Source: Clostridia bacterium
Lineage (GTDB): Bacteria > Bacteroidota > Bacteroidia > Bacteroidales > 4484-276
Direction: 5' to 3'
DNA length: 64,000 nt
Assembly: GCA_009928785.1 (NCBI GenBank)
Contig: SABY01000002.1
Location: forward strand, 10,147-74,146
Positions 56,262-64,000 of the stretch are shown here, in pieces (within the stretch, counting starts at the first letter, position 1; the number at the start of each line of letters is the position of its first letter). The position numbers and the translations under genes are program-made. Below the pieces are notes generated by a model that did not search any database, was not told where the DNA came from, and saw nothing but the letters and a program-made list of their open reading frames with translations.

Positions 56262-56650
56262 CTATTTTTCCTCTGTGTCGCCGTGCCTCCGTGGTTTATG
56301 CTTTTGTTTTCCACCACAAAATATTTCTTCTGTGTCGCTGTGCCTCCGTGGTTTATTCTTTGCTTTTCACCACAAAATATTTCCTCTGTGTCGCTGTGTC
56401 TCCGTGGTTTATTCTTTGCTTTTCACCACAAAATATTTCCTCTGTGTCGCCGTGTCTCCGTGGTTTATGCTTTTGTTTTTCACCACAAAATATTTCCTCT
56501 GTGTCGCTGTGCCTCCGTGGTTTATTCTTTGCTTTTCACCACAAAATATTTCCCCTGTGTCGCTGTGTGTCCGTGGTTTATGCTTTTGCTTTTCACCACA
56601 AAATATTTCCTCTGTGACGCCGTGTCTCCGTGGTTCATTCTTGTTTTTCT
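56262..56650. repeat. tandem array of about 7 units of 56-57 bp
   Basis: CTGTGTCG recurs at 56273, 56330, 56386, 56442, 56499 and 56555, with CTGTGACG at 56612. Units are about 90% identical over their whole length, in two alternating sub-variants (TATGCTTTTGTTTT vs TATTCTTTGCTTTT). Confidence 0.9.
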
Positions 56651-56934
56651 ACAGCGCTCCCCTGATACACTTCTTCGGCTTCGCTGGCACGCAACGCTTC
56701 TTCAAAAAGATCGAGCTGGTTGGGTGAGATAAACAACCGCGGCGCCGCTTGTTCGTCGGGAAGAGCCAGGTAGTCTTCGATGGCTCTTTTGATGAGCTTT
56801 ATCCGGGTCAATCCCTGCGCCTTGCAGTGTTTGTCGAGCGACTTTTTTTGCAACCGTCCGAGCTTAAAGGTAATGGTGCTGAATTTATGCGGAGCTTGTT
56901 TTTTCTGTTTTCGGCGCGCCATAGTTTTGATCAT
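56635..56934 (-). CDS. ribbon-helix-helix (CopG-like) small protein
   Basis: FSTITFKLGRLQKKSLDKHCKAQGLTRIKLIKRAIEDYL fits a beta-strand plus two-helix RHH pattern. Start at 56934 or 56922. Confidence 0.5.
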   Translation of the reverse strand: MIKTMARRKQKKQAPHKFSTITFKLGRLQKKSLDKHCKAQGLTRIKLIKRAIEDYLALPDEQAAPRLFISPNQLDLFEEALRASEAEEVYQGSAVEKQE

Positions 56935-57099
56935 TTTATTTCGGCCATAAAAGTAGAAAAACCACAAGCACCCCGGCAAAATGCCTGATAATTATTATCC
57001 ACAATTGGCTTTTTTTGTTAACAAAATGAAATTACAATAACTATGAGTGGCGATAGGTGTTGCACTCGGGTATTTTTTATTCACCAACAACACACTAAT

Positions 57100-58032
57100 A
57101 TGTCTTTCATTTTTCGTCTGTTTCTTATTTTCTCCATTACTATTTTTATTAATAACCAAACTCAACTTAGGGCGCAGGGCTGTAGCGATGCGGGCGTTTG
57201 CACCGCCGGAATTATGACCGGCGAAACTTCCAATTCCTCCGCTAACAACAAATTCTACCTTGAACCAGGCATCCATTTGGCCGGTGGCGACGATGGCACC
57301 CAAATTATATCAGCAATGCTTGAGGCGGCTTATGCCATTTCACCGCGTTCGTTGTTGCAGGTCAAAATTCCGTATCACATCATCAGCGGAAATCTGGGAA
57401 AGACTTCCGGAATCGGCGATATAACTGTAACGTTCAGCTACCATCAGAAAACCGAAACACAGCATCAATTTGGCTACTTTGCCGGTTTTCGTCTGGCTAC
57501 CGGCAAAACGAATCTGCAGGACGATGGACTTTCGTTGCCAATGGTATATCAAACCGGACTGGGAACTACCGACCTTTTGCTGGGTGCGCGCTGGGACTAT
57601 CTCGGATGGGCTGCCTCGCTGGGCTATCAGCAGCCGCTGGCGCAAAACAATGAGAACGAGTTTTTGCAGTCGCGATGGGAGGACAATCCGGATGTGATAC
57701 ATTACCACGATTCCCGTCAGATAGAGCGGAGTGCGGATATTGTTGCCAGAATTGAAAAGACAATTCCTGTTGCTGATTTTGCCTTTACCGGCGGACTGGT
57801 GCCCATTTACCACCTTGCACAAGATAGTTTTCTTGAGGACAATGATGTGCGTACCGAAATTGAAGGCTCCGATGGTTTAACGCTGAATGTAGCAATTCAA
57901 GCGCGTTACGCTGCCGGAGAGCGCTTACAGATAAAGGCTTTTTACGGGTCGCCACTTATCACCCGCGACGTGCAGCCTGCCGGGCTGGCGCGAAGCTATG
58001 TGGCAGGGCTTTCAGTAGGCTTTAGTTTTTAA
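57100..58032 (+). CDS. outer-membrane beta-barrel protein (Phenol_MetA_deg-like, tentative)
   Basis: Signal peptide MSFIFRLFLIFSITIFINNQTQLRAQG, alternating beta pattern and terminal GLSVGFSF. Confidence 0.45.
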   Translation: MSFIFRLFLIFSITIFINNQTQLRAQGCSDAGVCTAGIMTGETSNSSANNKFYLEPGIHLAGGDDGTQIISAMLEAAYAISPRSLLQVKIPYHIISGNLGKTSGIGDITVTFSYHQKTETQHQFGYFAGFRLATGKTNLQDDGLSLPMVYQTGLGTTDLLLGARWDYLGWAASLGYQQPLAQNNENEFLQSRWEDNPDVIHYHDSRQIERSADIVARIEKTIPVADFAFTGGLVPIYHLAQDSFLEDNDVRTEIEGSDGLTLNVAIQARYAAGERLQIKAFYGSPLITRDVQPAGLARSYVAGLSVGFSF

Positions 58033-58048
58033 TCCTGTTTGCAGTGAA

Positions 58049-58084
58049 GTTCGCTGCTTTGCAGCGGAACGCTTGGATTTTTTG
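58049..58084 (+). terminator. candidate terminator hairpin
   Basis: GTTCGCTGC-TTT-GCAGCGGAAC (one bulge), followed 6 nt later by TTTTTT. Confidence 0.4.
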
Positions 58085-58144
58085 ACCTGAATAGCCGGGA
58101 AAACTTATCGAGGCAATTTCGTTATTAATGGTCGCCATATTTTT

Positions 58145-58726
58145 TCAAGAAAATATTTCATTTCTTCGAAAGCACTTCTCCATGTGGTCGTTTACCATCC
58201 CCACCGCCTGCAGGTGCGCATAAATGGTGATGGCTCCAAGAAATTTGAAGCCTCTTTTTTTGAGGTCTTTGGCAAAGTCCTCGGCTTCTTTGATTTTTAC
58301 GGGTAAGTCTTTTGCATCTTTAATGGTATGATGAATTTGCCGATTACCGATAAACTGCCAGGAGTAGCCGGCAAATGAGCCAAATTCCTTCTGCACTTCA
58401 AGGAAACACCGGGCATTGTTGATGGCAGCCATAATTTTCGCTTTGTTTCTGATAATTCCTACATCGTCCATTAAACGCTGCACCTCTTTGTCGCCAAATT
58501 TTGCCACTACTTCGGGATCGAAATTGGCAAATGCTTTTCGATAATTTTCGCGCCGGCTCAGTATTAGGCGCCACGACAGTCCGGCCTGTGCACTTTCGAG
58601 TACAAGAAACTCAAACAATTTCCGGTCATCTCTGGTCGGAACGCCCCATTCGTTATCGTGATAGGTTTGCATCAGCGCATCGCCTTGCGCCCAGGTGCAG
58701 CGCTGTTTGTTTTGTGTTTCACTCAT
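58145..58726 (-). CDS. tag: DNA-3-methyladenine glycosylase I
   Basis: YHDNEWGVP, ESAQAGLSW and the C-terminal Zn-site residues; 193 aa. Confidence 0.9.
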   Translation of the reverse strand: MSETQNKQRCTWAQGDALMQTYHDNEWGVPTRDDRKLFEFLVLESAQAGLSWRLILSRRENYRKAFANFDPEVVAKFGDKEVQRLMDDVGIIRNKAKIMAAINNARCFLEVQKEFGSFAGYSWQFIGNRQIHHTIKDAKDLPVKIKEAEDFAKDLKKRGFKFLGAITIYAHLQAVGMVNDHMEKCFRRNEIFS

Positions 58727-58749
58727 AGCATCGGTTTTTCGGGTTTTTC

Positions 58750-60141
58750 TTAAATCCCCGCCATGGATTTGATTTCGTCGATAACGCTTTTTGCCAGCGC
58801 CGTTGCCTTTTCTGCTGATGTACTTTCGGCATAGATGCGGATGATCGGCTCGGTGTTGGATTTACGCAAATGCACCCATTCCTTATCAAAATCCACTTTT
58901 ACGCCGTCGATGGTAGTAACGCGTTCATGGCCATAGCTGTCGGCCACTTTTTTCAAAACATCGTCAACATCCAGCGCAGGCGACAATTCGATTTTATTTT
59001 TAGAAATAAAATAGGCAGGATACCGCTTGCGGATTTCGGTGGGTGTAGCTTTTTGTTTGGCCATGAAAGTAAGGAAAAGCGAAATGCCCACCAGCGCGTC
59101 GCGACCATAATGCGCCGCAGGATAAATGATGCCACCGTTGCCTTCACCGCCAATTACAGCGTGGGTTTTCTTCATCAGCTCCACCACATTCACCTCGCCC
59201 ACCGCCGAAGCCTGGTAGCTTCCGCCCGCCGCAACAGTAATATCGCGCAAAGCCCGCGACGACGACAGGTTGCTCACCGTATTGCCGGGCGTGTGGCTTA
59301 AAACCCAATCGGCAACAGCCACCAGCGTATATTCTTCGCCAAACATTTCGCCGTCTTCACAAATGATGGCGAGCCTGTCCACGTCGGGGTCCACCACAAA
59401 GCCTACATCATAATTGCCTTCCCGCAATACTTTGGCAATTTCGGTGAGATTTTCGGGCAAAGGTTCGGGATTGTGCGGGAAATCTCCATCAGGATCGCAA
59501 TAGATTTTTTTGATCTCTTTCACGCCAAGTGCCTCCAGCAATGCGGGAATGGCTATACCTCCGGTAGAATTTACGGCATCCACAGCAACTTTAAAATTTG
59601 CTTTTCGTATAGCCTCCACATCCACCAGGTCGAGAGCCAGCACCTGCCGTATGTGCTCGTCGATGGTGTCGATGCGCTCGATGAGAGTTCCCACGGCAGT
59701 GGCCTCGGCAAATTGGATTTCATCGGAATCGGCAAGCCGCAGAATTTCTTCACCATCGGCAGCCGAGAGAAATTCGCCGCGATGGTTGAGCAACTTCAGC
59801 GCATTCCACTGTTTCGGATTGTGGCTTGCAGTGATGATGATGCCACCATCAGCTTTTATATTAATAACCGAAACCTCCACAGTAGGCGTGGTAGAGAGTC
59901 CCGTATCGATTACCTCCACGCCCATCGCCATCAGGGTGCCGGTTACTAATTTATTGACCATAGCGCCGGAGATGCGGGCATCGCGTCCAACAACCATGGT
60001 GAGGCGTTCGGTATCGCTCTGCTGCCGTATGAAATGGGCGTAAGCCGCCGTAAATCGTACAATATCCAACGGTGTGAGCGCAGTGCCTGCCGCCCCGCCA
60101 ATGGTGCCGCGGATACCTGAAATGCTTTTGATAAGTGCCAT
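58750..60141 (-). CDS. glmM: phosphoglucosamine mutase
   Basis: Start MALIKSISGIRGTIGG and active site ITASHNPKQWNALK. The ORF-track extension to 60501 is read-through upstream of the real ATG at 60141. Confidence 0.85.
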   Translation of the reverse strand: MALIKSISGIRGTIGGAAGTALTPLDIVRFTAAYAHFIRQQSDTERLTMVVGRDARISGAMVNKLVTGTLMAMGVEVIDTGLSTTPTVEVSVINIKADGGIIITASHNPKQWNALKLLNHRGEFLSAADGEEILRLADSDEIQFAEATAVGTLIERIDTIDEHIRQVLALDLVDVEAIRKANFKVAVDAVNSTGGIAIPALLEALGVKEIKKIYCDPDGDFPHNPEPLPENLTEIAKVLREGNYDVGFVVDPDVDRLAIICEDGEMFGEEYTLVAVADWVLSHTPGNTVSNLSSSRALRDITVAAGGSYQASAVGEVNVVELMKKTHAVIGGEGNGGIIYPAAHYGRDALVGISLFLTFMAKQKATPTEIRKRYPAYFISKNKIELSPALDVDDVLKKVADSYGHERVTTIDGVKVDFDKEWVHLRKSNTEPIIRIYAESTSAEKATALAKSVIDEIKSMAGI

Positions 60142-60204
60142 AATTACTTTTTTTGCAAAAGTAAAATTATCGCTAATTTTGCCGGGTTTATTAAATAAAG
60201 TATT

Positions 60205-61617
60205 ATGACAGAAGATTTTGATCCTTTCAACCATGATGTGAACGACCTGGTCGGCAAGTTTGATGAAATGATCAGGCAGAACAAGATGTATTTTTTTGAT
60301 GTTGAGGAATTTGAAGAAATTATAGATTTTTATCTCGAACAAAATATTACCAAAAAAGCACGCAAGGCCATCGACTATGCCATGCGGCAGCATCCTTCGT
60401 CCACAGTATTCATGTTGCGCAAAGCCCAATATTATGCTGATGTAAACAACACCATCAAAGCGCTGGACATCCTGCACAAACTTGAGCTGCTGGAGCCGCA
60501 AAATCCAGAGATATTAGCAACCAAAGGCGCCGTTTACAGTCAACTGAAGCTCTACAAAGAAGCCATCGGTGAATACGAAAAGGCCATCCTATATTCCGAC
60601 GACAAAGATGATCTCTATACCCGCATAGCTTTTGAATACGAAGAAATTAAAGACTACAATCAAGCCATTGATTATCTGGTAAAGGCGTTGGAGTTTAATC
60701 CCGAAAACCAGGCGGTGATTTATGAGCTGGCATTTTGTTTTGAACTGGCCGGTCGTGAGGAGGAATGCCTTGCTTTTTTTGGAGATTTTCTTGATAAAAA
60801 CCCATACTCAGATATTGCCTGGTTTAATCTGGGCATTGCCTATTCCAACAAACAGCTCTACGAAAAAGCTATTGATGCTTATGAATTTGTAATCGCCATT
60901 TCGCCCGATTTTTCGTCGGCATATTTCAACAAAGCCAACGCTTTGGCCAATCTGGAGCGTTACCAGGAAGCAATTGCCTATTATCTGGAGACCCTGGAGA
61001 TGGAAACCCCCGACGGGATGACCTATTATTACATTGGCGAGTGCTACGAAAAACTGGATGATTTGGAAAATGCCTACAGCAGCTACCGCACCGCCGCCCG
61101 GCTCGAACCAGCGGTTTCGGATGTGTGGGTAGGACTGGCAATAATTTCTGACCGCACCGGCAATGGAAAAGCCGCGCTGAAATACATCCGGAAGGCAGTT
61201 TCGCTTGAAGAGGGCAATCTCGATTACCTGCTGATATATGCCGACCTATGTGCCCGCTACGACCAAATTGACGAAGCCATAAAACAATATCACCTGGCCA
61301 TCCACCGCGAGCCGGAACATCCCGACGTGTGGCTCGAATTTTCGGGTATGTGGTATAATTTACAGAATGTAAATGAAGCCATCGAGGTGATTATGCGTGG
61401 CATCGAAGCACAACCCTCCGCCGCTGAGCACTACTATCGTCTGGCTGGCTATCTGGCGCATAAAGGCCGCACCAAAGAAGCCTATCAGAATTTTGAAACT
61501 GCGCTGCACATCGACGCCACAACGTACGAGCAATTCTTCGAGTTTTTCCCGGAATTTAAGCAAGACGTTCAATTTTATAATCTTATCGATCAATACAAGA
61601 AAAATACAGGCGCATGA
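60205..61617 (+). CDS. tetratricopeptide (TPR) repeat protein
   Basis: Repeated A..Y..A/L...P 34-residue pattern throughout; 470 aa. Confidence 0.8.
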   Translation: MTEDFDPFNHDVNDLVGKFDEMIRQNKMYFFDVEEFEEIIDFYLEQNITKKARKAIDYAMRQHPSSTVFMLRKAQYYADVNNTIKALDILHKLELLEPQNPEILATKGAVYSQLKLYKEAIGEYEKAILYSDDKDDLYTRIAFEYEEIKDYNQAIDYLVKALEFNPENQAVIYELAFCFELAGREEECLAFFGDFLDKNPYSDIAWFNLGIAYSNKQLYEKAIDAYEFVIAISPDFSSAYFNKANALANLERYQEAIAYYLETLEMETPDGMTYYYIGECYEKLDDLENAYSSYRTAARLEPAVSDVWVGLAIISDRTGNGKAALKYIRKAVSLEEGNLDYLLIYADLCARYDQIDEAIKQYHLAIHREPEHPDVWLEFSGMWYNLQNVNEAIEVIMRGIEAQPSAAEHYYRLAGYLAHKGRTKEAYQNFETALHIDATTYEQFFEFFPEFKQDVQFYNLIDQYKKNTGA

Positions 61618-62525
61618 TAAAATACCTCACCCTGGTGATCAAAGGCATGGCCATGGGCGCTGCCGATGTGGTACCGGGGGTTAGCGGCGGAACGATAGCC
61701 TTTATTACCGGCATCTACGAAGAACTGATCTTCTCGATCAAAAGCATCAATTATCAAAGTTTAAAACTTCTCGTCCGGGGCAAAGTCGCTGCCTTCTGGA
61801 AAGCCATCAATGGCACTTTTCTGGTGAGCATCGTTGTGGGCATCGGCATAAGCATCCTATCGCTGGCGCGGCTGCTTACATTCATTCTCATCAATTACCC
61901 GGAACTTATCTGGTCGTTTTTCTTTGGACTCATCGTTGCTTCGGCCATTTATGTAGCCAAACAAATAAAGGTGTGGAGTGCACCAACCTGGATTTCGCTC
62001 ATCGCGGGCGTGGTGGTTGCTTACGTCATCACCGAAATCACCCCCGCCGAAACCACCAACGCCTGGTGGTTTATTTTCCTTTCGGGCGCCATTGCCATTT
62101 GTGCCATGATATTGCCCGGAATCTCCGGCAGCTTTATCCTGCTGTTGCTCGGGAAATACACCTACATCATTGGCGCTGTGGGCGAATTAAAAATCGGCAT
62201 CCTGGCTATTTTTCTCGCCGGCGCCGTAGTGGGTATTGTTTCGTTTTCGAATGTGTTGGCTTTTTTATTAAAAAAATATCATCACCAAACCATTGCGCTG
62301 CTGGCGGGATTTATGGTTGGCTCGCTCAATAAGGTGTGGCCCTGGAAAAACAACATCGAGATGTTCACCGACCGACATGGCATAATAAAACCGCTGGTGC
62401 AGGAAAATGTGCTCCCCCATAATTTCCAGGGCGATCCGCATCTTTATGGCGCTATTGCGCTGGCCATTATAGGCTTTGTGCTGATATTTGCCATCGAATG
62501 GCTTGCCACCCGCCGCAAAGTATGA
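61614..62525 (+). CDS. DUF368-family membrane protein
   Basis: GMAMGAADVVPGVSGGTIAFITGIYEEL and ILPGISGSFILLLLG motifs; polytopic. Confidence 0.8.
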   Translation: MIKYLTLVIKGMAMGAADVVPGVSGGTIAFITGIYEELIFSIKSINYQSLKLLVRGKVAAFWKAINGTFLVSIVVGIGISILSLARLLTFILINYPELIWSFFFGLIVASAIYVAKQIKVWSAPTWISLIAGVVVAYVITEITPAETTNAWWFIFLSGAIAICAMILPGISGSFILLLLGKYTYIIGAVGELKIGILAIFLAGAVVGIVSFSNVLAFLLKKYHHQTIALLAGFMVGSLNKVWPWKNNIEMFTDRHGIIKPLVQENVLPHNFQGDPHLYGAIALAIIGFVLIFAIEWLATRRKV

Positions 62526-63262
62526 AGACCTATGCCCTTATCGGAAAAACGCTGACGCACTCGTTTTCGAAGGCTTTTTTTGATGAAAAAATCCTGCGCG
62601 AAAATATTACCGGTTGCCGGTATCTCTTGGTTCCATTGCCTTCCATAGATGGGCTGGTTCCGTTCATAAAATCCAATCCTGACCTGCAGGGTTTCAACGT
62701 AACCGTTCCCTACAAAGAAGCAATACTGCCGTTGCTATATGCCGTAGATCCCGTGGCGGGCGAAGTGGGTGCCGTTAATACAATTGTGATAAAACGTCAT
62801 CAGAAATCCATCTGGCTCAAAGGCTACAATACCGATGTTTTTGGATTTGAAAATAGTTGTATCGGATTACGCCATGCTCAGCGCGCTTTGATCCTTGGAT
62901 CGGGTGGCGCGGCAAAAGCTGCCGGTTTTGTCTTACGAAAAAACGGAATCGACTATCTGACGGTTTCACGAAATCCAAAAAATAATGATGAAATCGCTTA
63001 TCGCGATGTGGATGCTGAACTACTTAACCGGCACAAGTTAATTATCAACACCACGCCATTGGGTATGTTTCCGGATGTGAAATCTTATCCTCCCCTGCCC
63101 TATCAGCAGTTAAGCCGGCATCACATTCTTTTTGATATGATTTACAATCCTGCCGAAACCGAATTTCTGAAAAGAGGAAAAGCCGCCGGAGCCGCCACAC
63201 AAAATGGTTTGCAAATGCTCGCCCTTCAAGCCGAAAAGGCCTGGGAGATATGGAATAGCTGA
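62522..63262 (+). CDS. aroE: shikimate dehydrogenase
   Basis: MKTYALIGKTLTHSFS..., NVTVPYK, NTD and GSGGAAKA motifs. The ATG overlaps the upstream stop (ATGA). Confidence 0.85.
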   Translation: MKTYALIGKTLTHSFSKAFFDEKILRENITGCRYLLVPLPSIDGLVPFIKSNPDLQGFNVTVPYKEAILPLLYAVDPVAGEVGAVNTIVIKRHQKSIWLKGYNTDVFGFENSCIGLRHAQRALILGSGGAAKAAGFVLRKNGIDYLTVSRNPKNNDEIAYRDVDAELLNRHKLIINTTPLGMFPDVKSYPPLPYQQLSRHHILFDMIYNPAETEFLKRGKAAGAATQNGLQMLALQAEKAWEIWNS

Positions 63263-63320
63263 GGCAAAACAATTTCACGTAAAGCATTGTTAGATAAGCT
63301 AACTGCAAAAACTTCTAACC

Positions 63321-64000
63321 ATGAAAAATTCCCTTCAGCTTCTCGCCATACTTTCCGTTTTCTTTTTATTAAAAACATCTCCTGCCAGCAGCCAGGTAAT
63401 GGTGGGCAATACCCAACTCGATACCACCACGATTATTACCGGACTCGACATTCCGTGGGAAATACAATATGGCGCCGACGGCTGGCTTTGGGTAACGGAA
63501 CGCTACGGCAGGGTGAGCCGTATCCATCCCGAAACAGGCGAGCAGATTGTAGTGCTCGACCATACTTCCGTAGTTTCGCAGCAAGGCGAATCGGGTATGT
63601 TGGGAATGGCCTTGCATCCCGACTTCCCTTCTGATAGTCGCGTTTACATCGTTTACACCTATAATAATAATGGAATAAAGGAACGGCTGTCGTATTTTAC
63701 CTACAACGGACAAAATCTCACCAACGAAACCATCCTCATCGAAGGCATCGCAGGCAACAGCACGCACGACGGCAGCAGGCTACTCTTTATGCCCGATGGC
63801 AAATTGATGATGACCACCGGCGATGCACAAAACCAGTCGTTGCCACAAAATCCCGGCAGTTTGTCGGGCAAAGTTTTGCGCATCAACACCGACGGAAGCA
63901 TTCCTGCCGACAACCCCACGCCGGGGAGCTACGTTTATTCGATAGGTCATCGCAATGCGCAGGGGCTTGCCTTATCTGCTGATGGAACCATACTTTACAG
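63321..64000 (+). CDS. PQQ-dependent sugar (glucose/sorbosone) dehydrogenase, 3' end outside window
   Basis: My own translation from the ATG at 63321: MKNSLQLLAILSVFFLL...GLDIPWEIQYGADGWLWVTERYGRVSRI...GESGMLGMALHPDF...HDGSRLLFMPDGKL...GKVLRINTDGSIPADNP...IGHRNAQGLA. Open to the window end, hence missing from the ORF track. Confidence 0.8.
   Translation, partial: MKNSLQLLAILSVFFLLKTSPASSQVMVGNTQLDTTTIITGLDIPWEIQYGADGWLWVTERYGRVSRIHPETGEQIVVLDHTSVVSQQGESGMLGMALHPDFPSDSRVYIVYTYNNNGIKERLSYFTYNGQNLTNETILIEGIAGNSTHDGSRLLFMPDGKLMMTTGDAQNQSLPQNPGSLSGKVLRINTDGSIPADNPTPGSYVYSIGHRNAQGLALSADGTILY

Noticed and set aside
56262-56650. Possible CRISPR array (regularly spaced repeats, no long ORF expected)
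   Set aside because: The entire 56-57-bp unit repeats at about 90% identity, so there are no unique spacers between short repeats. No cas genes are nearby. It is a plain tandem array.
56275-56732. Three overlapping + strand ORFs (about 108-150 aa) across the 57-bp array
   Set aside because: All frames are open because of the repeat composition. The peptides are repetitive, and no start context or homology was recognised.
60142-60501. 120-aa N-terminal extension of the glmM ORF
   Set aside because: The conserved GlmM N-terminus MALIKSISGIRG starts at 60141. The extension overlaps the divergent TPR gene start and has no similarity.

Overview
This 64-kb window looks like a Bacteroidota chromosome segment. 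Two proteins carry T9SS C-terminal sorting domains, and there are many signal-peptide and outer-membrane proteins.

Most of it is housekeeping sequence at roughly half G+C:
- der (partial), an Hsp15-like S4 protein and a class III aminotransferase
- an RND efflux operon (adaptor, pump, outer-membrane factor)
- an apparent operon of an FNR-like reductase, miaB-like and mtaB-like genes, with a flavodoxin gene nearby
- several SDR oxidoreductases, an AsmA-like protein, aroC, a DUF349 protein and a CDF transporter
- a PgpH-like 7TM-HD protein, an NlpC/P60 peptidase, a YigZ-family protein and trmD
- an aldehyde dehydrogenase, recR, tag, glmM, a DUF368 protein and aroE
- a PQQ-type sugar dehydrogenase that runs off the 3' end and is absent from the ORF track

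I saw no rRNA, tRNA or CRISPR array.

Accessory or unusual content, most interesting first:
1. A strongly AT-rich island of about 5 kb (about 47.1-52.1 kb) lies between trmD and the aldehyde dehydrogenase. It carries a co-directional three-gene module:
   - an antitoxin-like/DUF2442 fusion
   - a 1059-aa SF1 helicase + PLD nuclease + topoisomerase-type zinc-ribbon fusion (Mokosh type II-like)
   - an unrecognisable 319-aa Cys/His-rich protein
   This is my best candidate for an undescribed defence-system variant.
2. A tight five-gene operon (22026-27625) encodes only signal-peptide proteins of unknown function, one with a C-terminal outer-membrane beta-barrel. It is bracketed by diverged 136-bp direct repeats.
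3. Two copies of a MITE-like or structured element of about 255 bp have terminal inverted repeats and 8-bp flanking duplications.
4. An MNT antitoxin gene is followed by a 31-codon stump of its HEPN toxin.
5. Several intergenic short-period tandem repeats occur, including G-free tracts of 354 nt and 191 nt.
6. There is a 56-57-bp tandem array and a probable frameshifted XRE gene.

All calls rest on reading the sequence and ORF translations by eye. No database search was possible.
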